A DNA stretch of 63,166 nt, counting the filler, from an uncultured Methanoregulaceae archaeon (GTDB lineage: Archaea; Halobacteriota; Methanomicrobia; Methanomicrobiales; Methanospirillaceae), in the NCBI GenBank assembly GCA_964530035.1. It is 9 parts of 9 records of this genome, joined end to end, with 100 filler letters (N's around TTAATTAATTAA, not from the genome) between each part and the next. Parts side by side here need not be neighbours in the genome. Positions count along the whole stretch, not along the records: positions 49,762 to 56,434 come from CAZGXZ010000147.1; positions 56,535 to 63,166 come from CAZGXZ010000148.1; 7 more parts are not named here. The stretch is one strand, 5' to 3'. Below are positions 50,603 to 61,015 of this stretch, piece after piece. The notes beneath the pieces are model-generated. The model searched no databases, had not been told where the DNA came from, and saw only the letters and a program-made list of their open reading frames with translations. Made by a program: the position numbers and the translations under genes. The number at the start of each line of letters is the position of its first letter. Position 1 is the first letter of the stretch.

Positions 50603-52834
50603 CTATGCGGGGGTGCACTTTCTGGACGGGAGGCGGGCTTTTATCCAGGTGGATGCATGGTCGACGATCGGGATGACCGCAGGCATGATGAGGATTGCCG
50701 AGAGCAGCGAGAAACCCACCGCGACAATGGTCGAGAGCCCGAAGTTGCTGATGATGTTGAAACTCGAGAGGATCAGGGCAGAGAACCCGAAGAACGTTGC
50801 AAGGCCCGATACCGTGATGGCGGACCCTATGCGGCGTACGCTCATGCGGATCGCCTCGACAGGGTCTTCGGTTGTTTCCCGCTCCTCCAGGTACCGTTCC
50901 ATGACGAGGATGGTGTATTCCGCAGCGACCCCTATCGTCATGGACCCGAGTGTTGCGGTAAGCGGGGTATAGTTGATGCCGAGGGCAATCATTGCGACCG
51001 CATTCCATCCTACCACGAGAATGATCGGGATGATGGGGGAGGCTGCCGTGGGGCGGCGGTAGATGAGGAGGAGGACCAGGAAAATGAGTACGAACCCGGT
51101 ATACGTCATCATCTCCTTGCTCTTCGAGAGGTTGTTGATGAGTGATGTGAAGAGGTCCGCGTTTCCCGTGACGGTTGCCGTGATGGACACGGGTGGCTGG
51201 TCGGATGCAAGGTCGAGGTTGACGGCGTCCTTGAAGTCCGCGCTCTCGGACATTTCCATGTCCTTCGTGGTGAACTCTAAGACGGCATCGTTCGGGCCCG
51301 CGAGGTACCTCCCCTTGACTGAGTCAGGGATGCGTCCGAGGGCTTCGTCTATCCCGGCCTGGTTCATGGGGATCACGCCGCCGTTGTAGTCCCTGATGAG
51401 GGACGCGATACTCGTGACGCCGATGATCTCGTCGTGGCGTCGTTGTTCGGCCTCACCGAACCCGATCATCCATTGGATCGCTTCCGGTGAGGTAACGCCC
51501 GACCCGGCGATATAGATGGGAAAGGTGTCAGTAGACCCGATTGCGTCGGTAACCTTGTTAATGCTCAGAAGAGCGGGCATGTCAGACGGGACGAAGGCAT
51601 TCTCATCCGTATCGATCGGGATGAGCCCGTCAGCATAGATGCCCCCGACCGCCACGAGGCCCGCAACGAGAAGGATGGGGGCAGGATTTCTGGCGATTTT
51701 TGCCGCGGTGTTCGACAGGACGCCTTCGTACAGCGCCCAGAAACCGGTGTTGACAACCGCCCTCGGTTTGTACTGGATGAGAAGGGCGATCGTCGGGATG
51801 GCCAGGAGAGACGCGACATAACAGAGGCTGATACCCAGCATGGATACCAGGCCGAAGGACCTGATCATGGGGACGTCCGAGATGAACATCGCCAGGAACC
51901 CCATGGACGTCGCGACCATCGCATAGAAGACCGCGGGACCGGTCCGTATTATAGTGGTCCGGACCGCTTCTGCAAGACTTGATTTCCGTGCCTCCTCCTC
52001 AAGTCTCGAATGGAACTGGATGGCGTAATCGATCCCGAGACCTATGAGGACCGGGAAAGCACCGATGACGGCCATGTTGATCCTGATCCCGGCCAGCCCC
52101 ATCACCCCGAAGGTGAAGAGGAGCCCGATCGCAACGATAAGCACCGGGAGGAAACGGTGGCTCACGTACCCGAACAGGATGCCCATGGTGATGACCATGA
52201 AGACCATGGCGGCCATGATGAGTGTCATCGAGGACGCCCCCATCTCGGCGCTCATCTCCTGCTGGAATGCCGTTGACCCGGTAACGGAAACGGTTACACC
52301 CGGGGGGGGACTGGAGGCATCGACCGTGCTCTTTACGGAATTGAGCGCCTTCTGACCTGCCGTGTCCGATATGCCCTGTTCAAGGCCTATGGAGGCGAGG
52401 GTCATCTCCTGGGTGGGGAGGTACAGGGAGATGGCTTTTGCCGGTAGGCCCTGTACTTTTGCATCTATTTCTGCCTGCGTGCCCGGAAGCTGACCATTCC
52501 CGTCCCTGAGCACATCGGCAAAACAATTGAATGATGCAACATAGGGCTGGTCCCTGATGGACGTTTCGAGCTGGTCAAGGTACCTGACCACCTCGGGGCT
52601 GGCGATGTTCCCGCCCTCGATAAGGAGGATGATGTTGTCAGACTGGAATGTACGTTCATACTTATCGAAGAGGACACCCTGGGCGGTGCCCTTGTCCAGG
52701 TACGTACCAGACCCGGTTTCCATGGTCACGGCAGTCATCCCGAAGAGTGATACCGCAATAGCCAGCAGTATGGCGATCGCTACCAGTTTCGGGCGGGCTA
52801 CCACGACATTCGCTATGGACTCAAATACTGCCAT
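50603..52834 (-). CDS. RND superfamily (MMPL/HAE3) transporter
   Basis: Two repeats with GLGIDYAIQFHSR and IGVAAEYTILVMERY, plus large extracytoplasmic loops. Confidence 0.93.
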   Translation of the reverse strand: MAVFESIANVVVARPKLVAIAILLAIAVSLFGMTAVTMETGSGTYLDKGTAQGVLFDKYERTFQSDNIILLIEGGNIASPEVVRYLDQLETSIRDQPYVASFNCFADVLRDGNGQLPGTQAEIDAKVQGLPAKAISLYLPTQEMTLASIGLEQGISDTAGQKALNSVKSTVDASSPPPGVTVSVTGSTAFQQEMSAEMGASSMTLIMAAMVFMVITMGILFGYVSHRFLPVLIVAIGLLFTFGVMGLAGIRINMAVIGAFPVLIGLGIDYAIQFHSRLEEEARKSSLAEAVRTTIIRTGPAVFYAMVATSMGFLAMFISDVPMIRSFGLVSMLGISLCYVASLLAIPTIALLIQYKPRAVVNTGFWALYEGVLSNTAAKIARNPAPILLVAGLVAVGGIYADGLIPIDTDENAFVPSDMPALLSINKVTDAIGSTDTFPIYIAGSGVTSPEAIQWMIGFGEAEQRRHDEIIGVTSIASLIRDYNGGVIPMNQAGIDEALGRIPDSVKGRYLAGPNDAVLEFTTKDMEMSESADFKDAVNLDLASDQPPVSITATVTGNADLFTSLINNLSKSKEMMTYTGFVLIFLVLLLIYRRPTAASPIIPIILVVGWNAVAMIALGINYTPLTATLGSMTIGVAAEYTILVMERYLEERETTEDPVEAIRMSVRRIGSAITVSGLATFFGFSALILSSFNIISNFGLSTIVAVGFSLLSAILIMPAVIPIVDHASTWIKARLPSRKCTPA

Positions 52835-52886
52835 GGTGGTGCTGCCTGTCCTTTTCAGTAGTATAAAAATGGGTATTCAGGGCCCG

Positions 52887-54203
52887 TTACTCATTGGAGG
52901 CCTGTTTCTTTCTCCTGATCATGAAGGCATACCCGCCGGCTATTGCGACAACCCCGACGAGGCCGAGGATGATGGGGCTGATCCCGGTTGAAGGCTCGAC
53001 CGTTACGGGGACCGTGATGGAATCCGAGACGACCGAGGTGCCCAGGGCATCGCGGTACCTGACCTCGGCGTCAAGGCTGTAGTCCTTGATGGTCGCGGAG
53101 CCATCTGCCTTTAACGTGAAGCGTGCCGTCTTTGTTTCTCCCGGGGCGAGGTCGCCGATGTAGGAGGTGTCGTCCTCGCTCGTGAACGGGTCGGTCGCCG
53201 TGATCCGGGCCTGGCCGCGGTAGATGGTCGCCCCTCCGGTGTTCATGAGGCCGACTTCAATGATCTTCTTTTCACCGGGGTGAATGGATGCGGGCGGTGT
53301 CACGACCTTGAACTCAACCTTCTCGCCGACCGGTACTGATACCGTTACCGGGTCGGTGGTAAGCGTGTCACCCTCGCGGTTTTCATAGGTCACCGCAAGG
53401 TCCACGGGATAGGTCTGCGACTGTGCGTCCTTAGAAACGGCGAGTTTGAAACGGACGTCCCTGGACGAACCGGCCGGGAAGTCCCCGAGGGCAACCGTGC
53501 CGTCAACCGGGACAATCGGGCTCTGCCCGTTCCTTGAGACCTTCACCACGGCCCGTGAGACATTCTCGCTCCCTGTGTTCACCACACTGGTCGTAAGGTA
53601 TCCCTGGTTCCCGACATTCAGCGAGTCCGATGCCGCGGTAAGGACAGATATACTGATCTCAGGGCGGACGTTGACCGGCAGCTGGAGGGCGATGTCCTTC
53701 GGTTTGTAGGAGAACTCGATGGTGTCCTGCCCGTACTGCTCTGCATTCCAGAGGTAGCTGTACTTCAGTCCGAGGGGCAGGGTATACTGGCCCGCCTTTG
53801 CATCAGAAGGAACTTTCACTGTAAATTTGGCTGGGACCGAGGTGCTGGCCTTGATGTCGCCGACCATCTGGGGTTCGGTCTTGATGAGGAAGGGGGATTC
53901 ACCCGATTCCAGAGAGGCTATCACGTTTTTCGCCGTGTTCGGCAAATCGTCCCTGTCGACGATACCGGAACCTGCGAACTTGAACTGGTTGACGCCGGTA
54001 TTCTGGATGAGGACGGTGATGGTCGCTTCTTTTCCCGGGGACAGTTCGTTTGAGCCCTGTACCGTGGCAGAGAGCTCCGGTTCGCCCGCCATGTACTTGA
54101 TGCCGGCCAGTGCTGGTGAGACCAGGACGCCGATCATGAGTGCCATGGCAATCAGCTTGTATATTCCACCCCTTCGGGGATGGGGGGACGCACTCGTTTT
54201 CAT
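52887..54203 (-). CDS. COG1361 S-layer-domain family protein
   Basis: Signal peptide, xGD(I/F/L) beta modules and a C-terminal TM plus RRKK; lies upstream of the RND gene. Confidence 0.87.
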   Translation of the reverse strand: MKTSASPHPRRGGIYKLIAMALMIGVLVSPALAGIKYMAGEPELSATVQGSNELSPGKEATITVLIQNTGVNQFKFAGSGIVDRDDLPNTAKNVIASLESGESPFLIKTEPQMVGDIKASTSVPAKFTVKVPSDAKAGQYTLPLGLKYSYLWNAEQYGQDTIEFSYKPKDIALQLPVNVRPEISISVLTAASDSLNVGNQGYLTTSVVNTGSENVSRAVVKVSRNGQSPIVPVDGTVALGDFPAGSSRDVRFKLAVSKDAQSQTYPVDLAVTYENREGDTLTTDPVTVSVPVGEKVEFKVVTPPASIHPGEKKIIEVGLMNTGGATIYRGQARITATDPFTSEDDTSYIGDLAPGETKTARFTLKADGSATIKDYSLDAEVRYRDALGTSVVSDSITVPVTVEPSTGISPIILGLVGVVAIAGGYAFMIRRKKQASNE

Positions 54204-54330
54204 ATGTTCATATGAGGTCAGCTTCTTGGTATAAAAGATTTCTTGTTATATGTTACAAATACATCTAACACATAATTTCGACATACAATTGTAGTGTATA
54301 TCAGATACATTTAATTGTCACGCACGCTCA

Positions 54331-55650
54331 TTGACTACCATGAGCCGGTGTTCCGTTGAAGTATCCGCAATCAAGGATATCCTCAAGCAGAACCCGCAGG
54401 GGATGACCGTGACGGAGATAGCGGCAGCCCTTTCGAGGAACAAGCACTCCGTCGGCAGGTATCTTGATACGCTCCGGGCATCCGGTGCGGTCGAGATGCG
54501 GACCTTCGGCATGGCGAAGGTGTTCTCCCTGGCCAGGCGCATCCCCATAGCCGAGTTGTTCGGGTCGTCGTTCGGCCTTATCATGGCGCTCGATGCTGAA
54601 CATCGAATAGTACAGGTCAACGAACGGTTCCTCGAACTGCTCGGGATGGCCCGGGACGCCGTTATCGGGCGGAAGCCCGAGTATCTCCCGATCCCGGACC
54701 CTGCCGTCCAGGAAATGGTGGCAGGGCTCCTTGAGTCGTCCGAGGTGTCAGACCAGATCAAGGAGATCAGGCTTGAACGGGGGGAAGGGCAGTATTTCGG
54801 GGCACGGATTTTTCCCACCCGGTTTGAGGACGACACCCCCGGCACGATCGTGGCCATGATGGACATCACCGAGAACGTCCGGGCAATCGGACAGGTCAGG
54901 GAACGTGAGGAGATGTTCCGGGGGATCGCCGAGAATATCCAGGACGGGCTCATCGTGTGCGAGGGGAACTCGATCCTGTTTGTCAACCGCAAGGTGTCCG
55001 AGATCCTCGGGTATCCGCCGGAAGAGCTCCATGGCATGAACACGATCGACCTGCTCGCTCCTGAGGAACGGAAGAAGGTCCTCGCTGCCATGAAGGAAAA
55101 CCCACAGGCCGGGGGGATGCCGTCGGTGGTCTCGGCCCGGATCAGGAGAAAGGACGGTTCGGAACGGTTCGTCGAGGCGCGGATGTCGGCGGTCGAGTAC
55201 GGAGGGTCGATGAGGAGGTTCATCCTCATTACCGACATGACCGAGTGGAAGGAGCGGTTTGACGCCCTGAGTCGCAAAACCGCCTTCATGGAAACCCTTT
55301 TCGACGCGTTCCCGAGACCGGTATTCATCATTAACCCCGAGGGCAGGGTCGAAGGATGCAACACTGCGTTCGTGGCACTGGTAGGTGTTGCACGGTCGGA
55401 ATTCACCGGGAAGGAACTCTCGGAAGTCCTCAACCCCTCTCTCTCCGCGACCCTTTCGATCGGGAACGAGGACCTGGAAAACAGCCCGGGCCGGATCACC
55501 CGGAAGGTGGTGATTCAGGGGACGAATGGTACCCCCCGGGAATATGTCCTTGAAAAGTACTCCTTCCAGTCCGGGGACACTCATAAGAACTGGATATTCG
55601 GCATCCTCATCGATGCGGCTTCTCCAGGGACATGTTTTCCGCATGGATAA
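54331..55650 (+). CDS. wHTH plus three PAS domain one-component regulator
   Basis: NPQGMTVTEIA...VGRYLD...GMAKVFSL (HTH); PAS motifs VNERFLELLG, VNRKVSEILGY, CNTAFVALVG; no kinase domain. Confidence 0.88.
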   Translation: MTTMSRCSVEVSAIKDILKQNPQGMTVTEIAAALSRNKHSVGRYLDTLRASGAVEMRTFGMAKVFSLARRIPIAELFGSSFGLIMALDAEHRIVQVNERFLELLGMARDAVIGRKPEYLPIPDPAVQEMVAGLLESSEVSDQIKEIRLERGEGQYFGARIFPTRFEDDTPGTIVAMMDITENVRAIGQVREREEMFRGIAENIQDGLIVCEGNSILFVNRKVSEILGYPPEELHGMNTIDLLAPEERKKVLAAMKENPQAGGMPSVVSARIRRKDGSERFVEARMSAVEYGGSMRRFILITDMTEWKERFDALSRKTAFMETLFDAFPRPVFIINPEGRVEGCNTAFVALVGVARSEFTGKELSEVLNPSLSATLSIGNEDLENSPGRITRKVVIQGTNGTPREYVLEKYSFQSGDTHKNWIFGILIDAASPGTCFPHG

Positions 55651-55696
55651 TGGCCACTCACATAATACTTAAATCCCGGCAGTCATCCGGGTACTG

Positions 55697-56434
55697 GTGG
55701 TGAACCCCTCGTTGAGCCGGATAGATTCCTTTCATAACCCGTCTTTTGTCGTAAAGGACCTTGACCAGCGGTTTCCTGCACCTTCTTCCCCCGGGCCAGG
55801 TGAGCCCTCGGCCCTCCTGTATGTCCGCGACGATGAGGTCCTGGTGTCCAAAGGCCGGTCAGGTCCTCCATCTCCCGTATATTTCATCCCCTCCGGGGAG
55901 AGTCTCCTGCCCGGCAGGTATTCCTACCTCGGTGTGCGGGAGGGCGTCACGTACTATGGCGTCCCTGTCGGAAACGGGGATCCCCTCCCCCCGGGTTCAG
56001 AATTCATACGGATCAGGGACCTCGCCCTTACCTCTGGTGCCGGGGACGCGGGACTTGCCGCTTTTGCGGCTTCTACCGTCAGGTATGACCGGAACACCCG
56101 GTTCTGCGGGCGTTGCGGGGCGGGGACACAGCCCCTTCTGACGGAACGGGGCAAGGTCTGTCCGTCCTGCGGACTTGTCACCTATCCCCGGATATCCCCT
56201 GCGGTCATCGTCCTTGTGACGGACCCCGCCACCGACCGGGCCCTCCTCGCACGGTCGTCCCGGTTCCCGGATGCCATGTACAGTATCATCGCCGGCTTTG
56301 TCCAGCCCGGGGAGACCATCGAGGACACTGTCCGCAGGGAGGTCCATGAAGAAACGGCGGTCCGGGTGAGGAACATCCGGTATGCCGGTAGCGAGCCCTG
56401 GCCGTTCCCCGACTCGCTCATGATCGGTTTCCTG
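55697..56434 (+). CDS. nudC: NAD(+)/NADH diphosphatase (3' truncated)
   Basis: RFCGRCG...CPSCG...YPRISPAVI, Nudix box GFVQPGETIEDTVRREVHEE, SEPWPFPDSLM. Confidence 0.94.
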
Positions 56435-56534
56435 NNNNNNNNNNNNNNNNNNNNNNNNNNNNNNNNNNNNNNNNNNNNTTAATTAATTAANNNNNNNNNN
56501 NNNNNNNNNNNNNNNNNNNNNNNNNNNNNNNNNN

Positions 56535-57170
56535 AAGAACAGGGTCGGTATACCTGAACCTGTCCTGTATCCCTGACTTGTAGAGATAATGTACACCGCT
56601 GGGCTTGTCAAGGATAAAGACAACGATCTGGCCTTCCCGTGCTGCCCGGACCACCTCTTCATAGTTGTTGAATTCCCGGACCGTGATACCTTTCGCCCGT
56701 ACTTCCTCCACGGTGCTGTCACCCTTGTGCATCCCGACAACAAACCCGTTGAGGGAATCAAGGTCATTGATCCCGGAGAGCTCGTTGCTGAAAAAGATGA
56801 CCACGTCCACATCAGAGTATGCCGGGGTGAAGTCGAACACCTTCGCCCGTTCCTCCGAGTAAAAAAGCGTATCAATCACATCGAAATCTCCGGCTTCCAT
56901 GCGGTGGAGCGCCTCGTCCCAGGACAGACCGGTAATATTCACCGGTATGCCGGTCTGTTTCTGAAACAACCGCCACATGTCGACCGAAACGCCAACGAGG
57001 TTCCCGTTGGCGTCACGGAATGAAAACGGAGGATAATTATTGTCCATGACGACAGTGATGGTGTCATTGTCTTTCCCGTCCGGACCCGGTACCGCCTGAG
57101 ACCCGCCTGCAGATATGACAAGAACGAGAAGGAGGGTGGTCAGAAGGGCTTTTTGGATAGCGGTAGTCAT
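56535..57170 (-). CDS. Extracellular solute-binding (PBP2/SBP family 3) domain protein, probably the N-terminus of a sensor kinase (3' truncated)
   Basis: Signal peptide, DNNYPPFSF...GVSVD, YSEERAKVFDFT. Confidence 0.8.
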
Positions 57171-57592
57171 GCTCGGGGTACCCTTTCAGAACAAGGGAGT
57201 TCGGCAGTGTATTCTACGGTGAAATACTATAAAAAAACCTGCATGAATGCTTCAGGAAAAGGTCCCGGGATACCCTGTTTCAACAATTAAGGAGAATGTG
57301 AACCAATCCGGATAAAACAACCGTAAAATACCCTGACAGGGTGCATGGTCCTGAACGAAGCCTCGTATAATCCAGCATAGTTTTTCTTCACCGGGACATT
57401 CCTGACATTGATATTTTTACCTGGTAACCTGCGCCTTCAGGTCAAAAAAATCCATTATATTTACCATGAACGAAAGGACGAAACAATTTCAAGGGATTCC
57501 AGATGAGAATAAAACATGAACGGAACCAGGTGAGAAGGTTGGAAATGGATCTATAGTTACCTAAAAATACTAAAAAATCTCGATAAATAAAC

Positions 57593-57625
57593 TTGATTAA
57601 ACAAAATGATTTGATTAAAAATCAA
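57593..57625. promoter_or_regulatory. Candidate operator: TTGATT-AAA-AATCAA palindrome (57611-57625) plus upstream TTGATTAA repeat
   Basis: Lies in the AT-rich promoter region about 150 nt upstream of the metal-chelate ABC operon. Confidence 0.45.
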
Positions 57626-57777
57626 AAGAATACCTATTAAATAAAAATACAGGAAATTTCATTTTTGTAATTCATCTGGGTTATAAGCCGGCACCACCCT
57701 GAACAGTCTGATACCTGGTAAGGGGGTGGGGGAATAAAACCTGGGGATTGCCGTGACGTGGTATATGGAGTAATGGT

Positions 57778-58917
57778 ATGAAAAATTGGGGATTTCTCAT
57801 CATCGCACTGTTCGTTGTTTTCGGGGTCTTCCTCGCAGGGTGCACCACCAGTCCTGCCGGTTCGATACCCACTAAAGACAATGTCAGCACACGGACTATC
57901 ACGGATATGGCCAGCAGACAGGTCGTAATTCCGGTCAAGGTCGAGCGAACGGCATTCTTTGGCGGGCCTATCGGACAAGTGCCATACATACTGGGAGTCG
58001 AGGACTCTGTTGTCGCGACATCGATAGGGAGTAAGAACTCCCAGCTCCTCAACATCATTGACCCGGATCTTAAAAACGTGTCATCACCACGCCAGACGAA
58101 CGGGATAATCAATATCGAGGAACTGATCAAGTCGAACCCTCAGTTTGTCATCGCAGGAAACGTTGACGGAGGGATAGTTGAAAAGCAAACCAGCATTCCG
58201 GTTGTCTATTTCTTTGACAGCTCCGATGGGACCGCTCAGCAGACCAAGGATGAAGTAACGTTTATTGGCTACATCTATGGGAAAGAAGACCGTGCGAAAC
58301 TCTACGGGGCGTACCTCGACACCATGCTGGCGCTCGTGAAGTCCAGGGTCGCTGATGTCCCGGAGTCGGAACGAAAAGTTCTTTTCAATGGGTATGATCC
58401 CGCTCACCTCATAACATACGGAGGGGACACCTACATGCAGGAACGAATTGAGACCGCAGGTCTGAAAAATGCTGCAAAGGAGATAAACACCTCCGGTGTC
58501 AGGCCGGGGATCCATGCAGGTCTCGATCAGGTCTCCATGGAACAGGTCCTGAAATGGAATCCTGACATCCTCATCATTGACGCCGGTACACCAGAGGATG
58601 TATACAAGGATCCTAAATGGGCATCCATAAAAGCGGTCCAGGAGAAGCAGGTTTACCGCCTGCCAAACGGTGTCTTTGTATGGAACCGCCCGAGTGCTGA
58701 GTCCGCCGTCCTCCATCCCCTCTGGATGGCCAAGGTAGCCTATCCTGACCGTTTCAAGGATATTTCCATGGAACAGGAGGTTAGAAAGTTCTACAAGGAG
58801 ATCTTTTCCTATAATCTCACCGACGAACAGGTGAAAAAACTCCTTTCAGGAGAATACGCTTCCGCTATCAGCGCAGGGAAGGGCCAGGCCAACCAGACGT
58901 CCATGGGGAACAGGTAA
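57778..58917 (+). CDS. Helical-backbone (FecB/BtuF-type) ABC substrate-binding lipoprotein
   Basis: Lipobox FLAGC, RTITDMASRQVVIP, NIEELIKSNP, VSMEQVLKWNPD, WMAKVAYPDRF. Confidence 0.92.
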   Translation: MKNWGFLIIALFVVFGVFLAGCTTSPAGSIPTKDNVSTRTITDMASRQVVIPVKVERTAFFGGPIGQVPYILGVEDSVVATSIGSKNSQLLNIIDPDLKNVSSPRQTNGIINIEELIKSNPQFVIAGNVDGGIVEKQTSIPVVYFFDSSDGTAQQTKDEVTFIGYIYGKEDRAKLYGAYLDTMLALVKSRVADVPESERKVLFNGYDPAHLITYGGDTYMQERIETAGLKNAAKEINTSGVRPGIHAGLDQVSMEQVLKWNPDILIIDAGTPEDVYKDPKWASIKAVQEKQVYRLPNGVFVWNRPSAESAVLHPLWMAKVAYPDRFKDISMEQEVRKFYKEIFSYNLTDEQVKKLLSGEYASAISAGKGQANQTSMGNR

Positions 58918-58927
58918 CATCCTGATA

Positions 58928-58976
58928 GGGGAGGGGGACTGGCCAGCCCGGTCTCAACCCCCTCCCCAAAAAAAAA
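58928..58976. terminator. Intergenic stem-loop after the SBP gene
   Basis: GGGGAGGGGG...CCCCCTCCCC 10-bp stem followed by A9. Confidence 0.5.
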
Positions 58977-59027
58977 CGAACGCTGGAAAAAAGATACGGG
59001 TATTAGGAACGTCCGGAAACAGTAGCC

Positions 59028-60068
59028 ATGACCGTGCAACCTGGAATCAAGGAGCCATGGGGGAAAAAACATTATAGTGCCCTTCGATTTGTCCTCATGG
59101 CTCTCCTTATCCTGACAACGCTGATCTCGCTGATGGTCGGGAGGTTTGATGTTGCGCCGGGAGATGTCCTGAACTCATTCCTCTCCCCTTTTATCGCCGT
59201 TTCCGACCTTTCACCTACGACACGAAGTGTCATCCTGGACGTGAGGACACCCCGGGTCATTGCGGTCATCCTGGTTGGAGCGGGCCTCTCGGTTTCAGGA
59301 GCCGCATTCCAGGGGCTCTTCAGGAATCCTCTTGTATCACCCGATATTCTCGGGGTTTCAGCGGGGGCGGGATTTGGAGCGGCGATAGCACTTCTCCTGA
59401 CTGAGAACATTTTTATCACACAGATACTGGCATTCCTGATGGGCCTTCTGGCAGTAGGACTTGCCTATGCCATCAGCAGGGTCTACCGGGTAACAGCGAC
59501 TCTTACTCTTGTCCTTGCAGGAATCGTAGTAGGAGCATTGTTCCAGGCCCTCACCTCACTTGTCAAGTATATTGCCGACCCGTTCAACCGCCTTCCCGCT
59601 ATCGTATTCTGGCTGATGGGTTCATTCAATCATGTCTCAACCAGCGACCTGGTGGTGGCAGCACCCCTCCTGATAGGGGGCATGCTCGTCCTGTACCTGG
59701 TCAGGTGGAGGATCAACGTCCTCTCCATGGGTGAGGAGGATGCCCGGGCACTCGGGGTAAACACCGAGCACCAGAAAGCGGTCATCATTTCCGCTGCGAC
59801 GGTAATATCCGCCGCCGCGGTATCAATTTGTGGAATAATTGGATGGATAGGCCTTGTTATCCCACATGTAGGCCGAATCCTTGTCGGCCCCGACCACCGT
59901 CTGCTCATCCCTGCATGTGCCCTCGTCGGGGCTTCGTACCTGCTTATCGTGGACACCGTTGCAAGGACAATCACGGTCACCGAGATCCCTATAGGGATTA
60001 TCACGGCTCTCATCGGGGCCCCGGTCTTTGCTTACCTCCTGAGGAAGACCCAGACAGGGTGGGCATAA
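59028..60068 (+). CDS. FecCD/BtuC family ABC permease
   Basis: VRTPRV, QGLFRNPLVSPDILGVSAGA, GIIGWIGLVIPH, EIPIGIIT. Confidence 0.95.
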   Translation: MTVQPGIKEPWGKKHYSALRFVLMALLILTTLISLMVGRFDVAPGDVLNSFLSPFIAVSDLSPTTRSVILDVRTPRVIAVILVGAGLSVSGAAFQGLFRNPLVSPDILGVSAGAGFGAAIALLLTENIFITQILAFLMGLLAVGLAYAISRVYRVTATLTLVLAGIVVGALFQALTSLVKYIADPFNRLPAIVFWLMGSFNHVSTSDLVVAAPLLIGGMLVLYLVRWRINVLSMGEEDARALGVNTEHQKAVIISAATVISAAAVSICGIIGWIGLVIPHVGRILVGPDHRLLIPACALVGASYLLIVDTVARTITVTEIPIGIITALIGAPVFAYLLRKTQTGWA

Positions 60069-60862
60069 TGACGGCATCGATAGATATCCGCGACCTGTCA
60101 TTCCGTTACCGGGTTGAGGACCGTGAGGATGTTTTTTCAGGAGTGTCCCTGTTCCTGCACCCAGGAGAAATTTTCAGCCTTATAGGGCCGAACGGGACGG
60201 GCAAATCAACACTCATCCGCTGCATCGGGGGGCTTCTCGCTGCAAAGACCGGGCAGGTACTAATCGAAGGTGCTGAGATATCAGGTATGAAGTCGTCTCA
60301 GACCGCCCGGGTCATCGGATATGTGCCCCAGAACCACACGCCTTCATTCCCATTCCCGGTACGTGAAGTCGTGGTGATGGGCAGGGCTCCCCACCTGGGA
60401 GTTTTCTCATCACCTTCTGCCCGAGACATGTCTATAGCAGAAAAAGCCATGGAAAGTGTCGGAATATACCACCTTGCCGACCGGCCGAGCACAGAGATCA
60501 GTGGTGGAGAGTGGCAGCTTGTCCTTATTGCACGTGCCCTCACCCAGCAGCCGCGGATCCTCCTCCTCGACGAACCGACATCGCACCTCGACCTCGGGAA
60601 CCAGATGAGGATCCTCAGTTCCATTCTGCGTTTGAGCCGTCAGGGCCTTACCATTGTCATGGCCACCCACTTTCCTGACCATGCCTTCCTGATTTCGGGA
60701 AGAGTGGGTATCATGAAGGAACATGAACTTGTGCTCATCGGGACCCCCGAAGAAGTAATCACCGAAAAGACGATGCGTTCTGCCTATGGGGTCGATGTCC
60801 GGGTCTTCACCCTTGACGGGGACAGGGGAAGGAGAGTCTGCATTCCCATGATCCCAGCATGA
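60068..60862 (+). CDS. FepC/BtuD family ABC ATPase
   Basis: GPNGTGKST, ISGGEWQLVLIARAL, DEPTSHLD. Start at ATG 60068. Confidence 0.95.
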   Translation: MTASIDIRDLSFRYRVEDREDVFSGVSLFLHPGEIFSLIGPNGTGKSTLIRCIGGLLAAKTGQVLIEGAEISGMKSSQTARVIGYVPQNHTPSFPFPVREVVVMGRAPHLGVFSSPSARDMSIAEKAMESVGIYHLADRPSTEISGGEWQLVLIARALTQQPRILLLDEPTSHLDLGNQMRILSSILRLSRQGLTIVMATHFPDHAFLISGRVGIMKEHELVLIGTPEEVITEKTMRSAYGVDVRVFTLDGDRGRRVCIPMIPA

Positions 60863-61015
60863 TGAAGGCAGACGCTCATCGTAAAACGATAAGGGCCTGT
60901 CCCCGGAACGGGAGAACAGCATTCCCTCGTATAAGACATATTGAGACGTGAAAAATTCGGAGATGACACGGTGACACTGAACAATGAACAAGGGATTAAA
61001 ACCCCGGATGGAGAG

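Noticed and set aside
54318..55499. Long antisense ORFs (also 3279-4082, 24277-25149, 42928-43836)
   Set aside because: Shadow frames of well-supported GC-rich genes with no motifs of their own.
7233..56534. Eight regularly spaced TTAATTAATTAA motifs
   Set aside because: Artificial six-frame stop linkers inside N runs.
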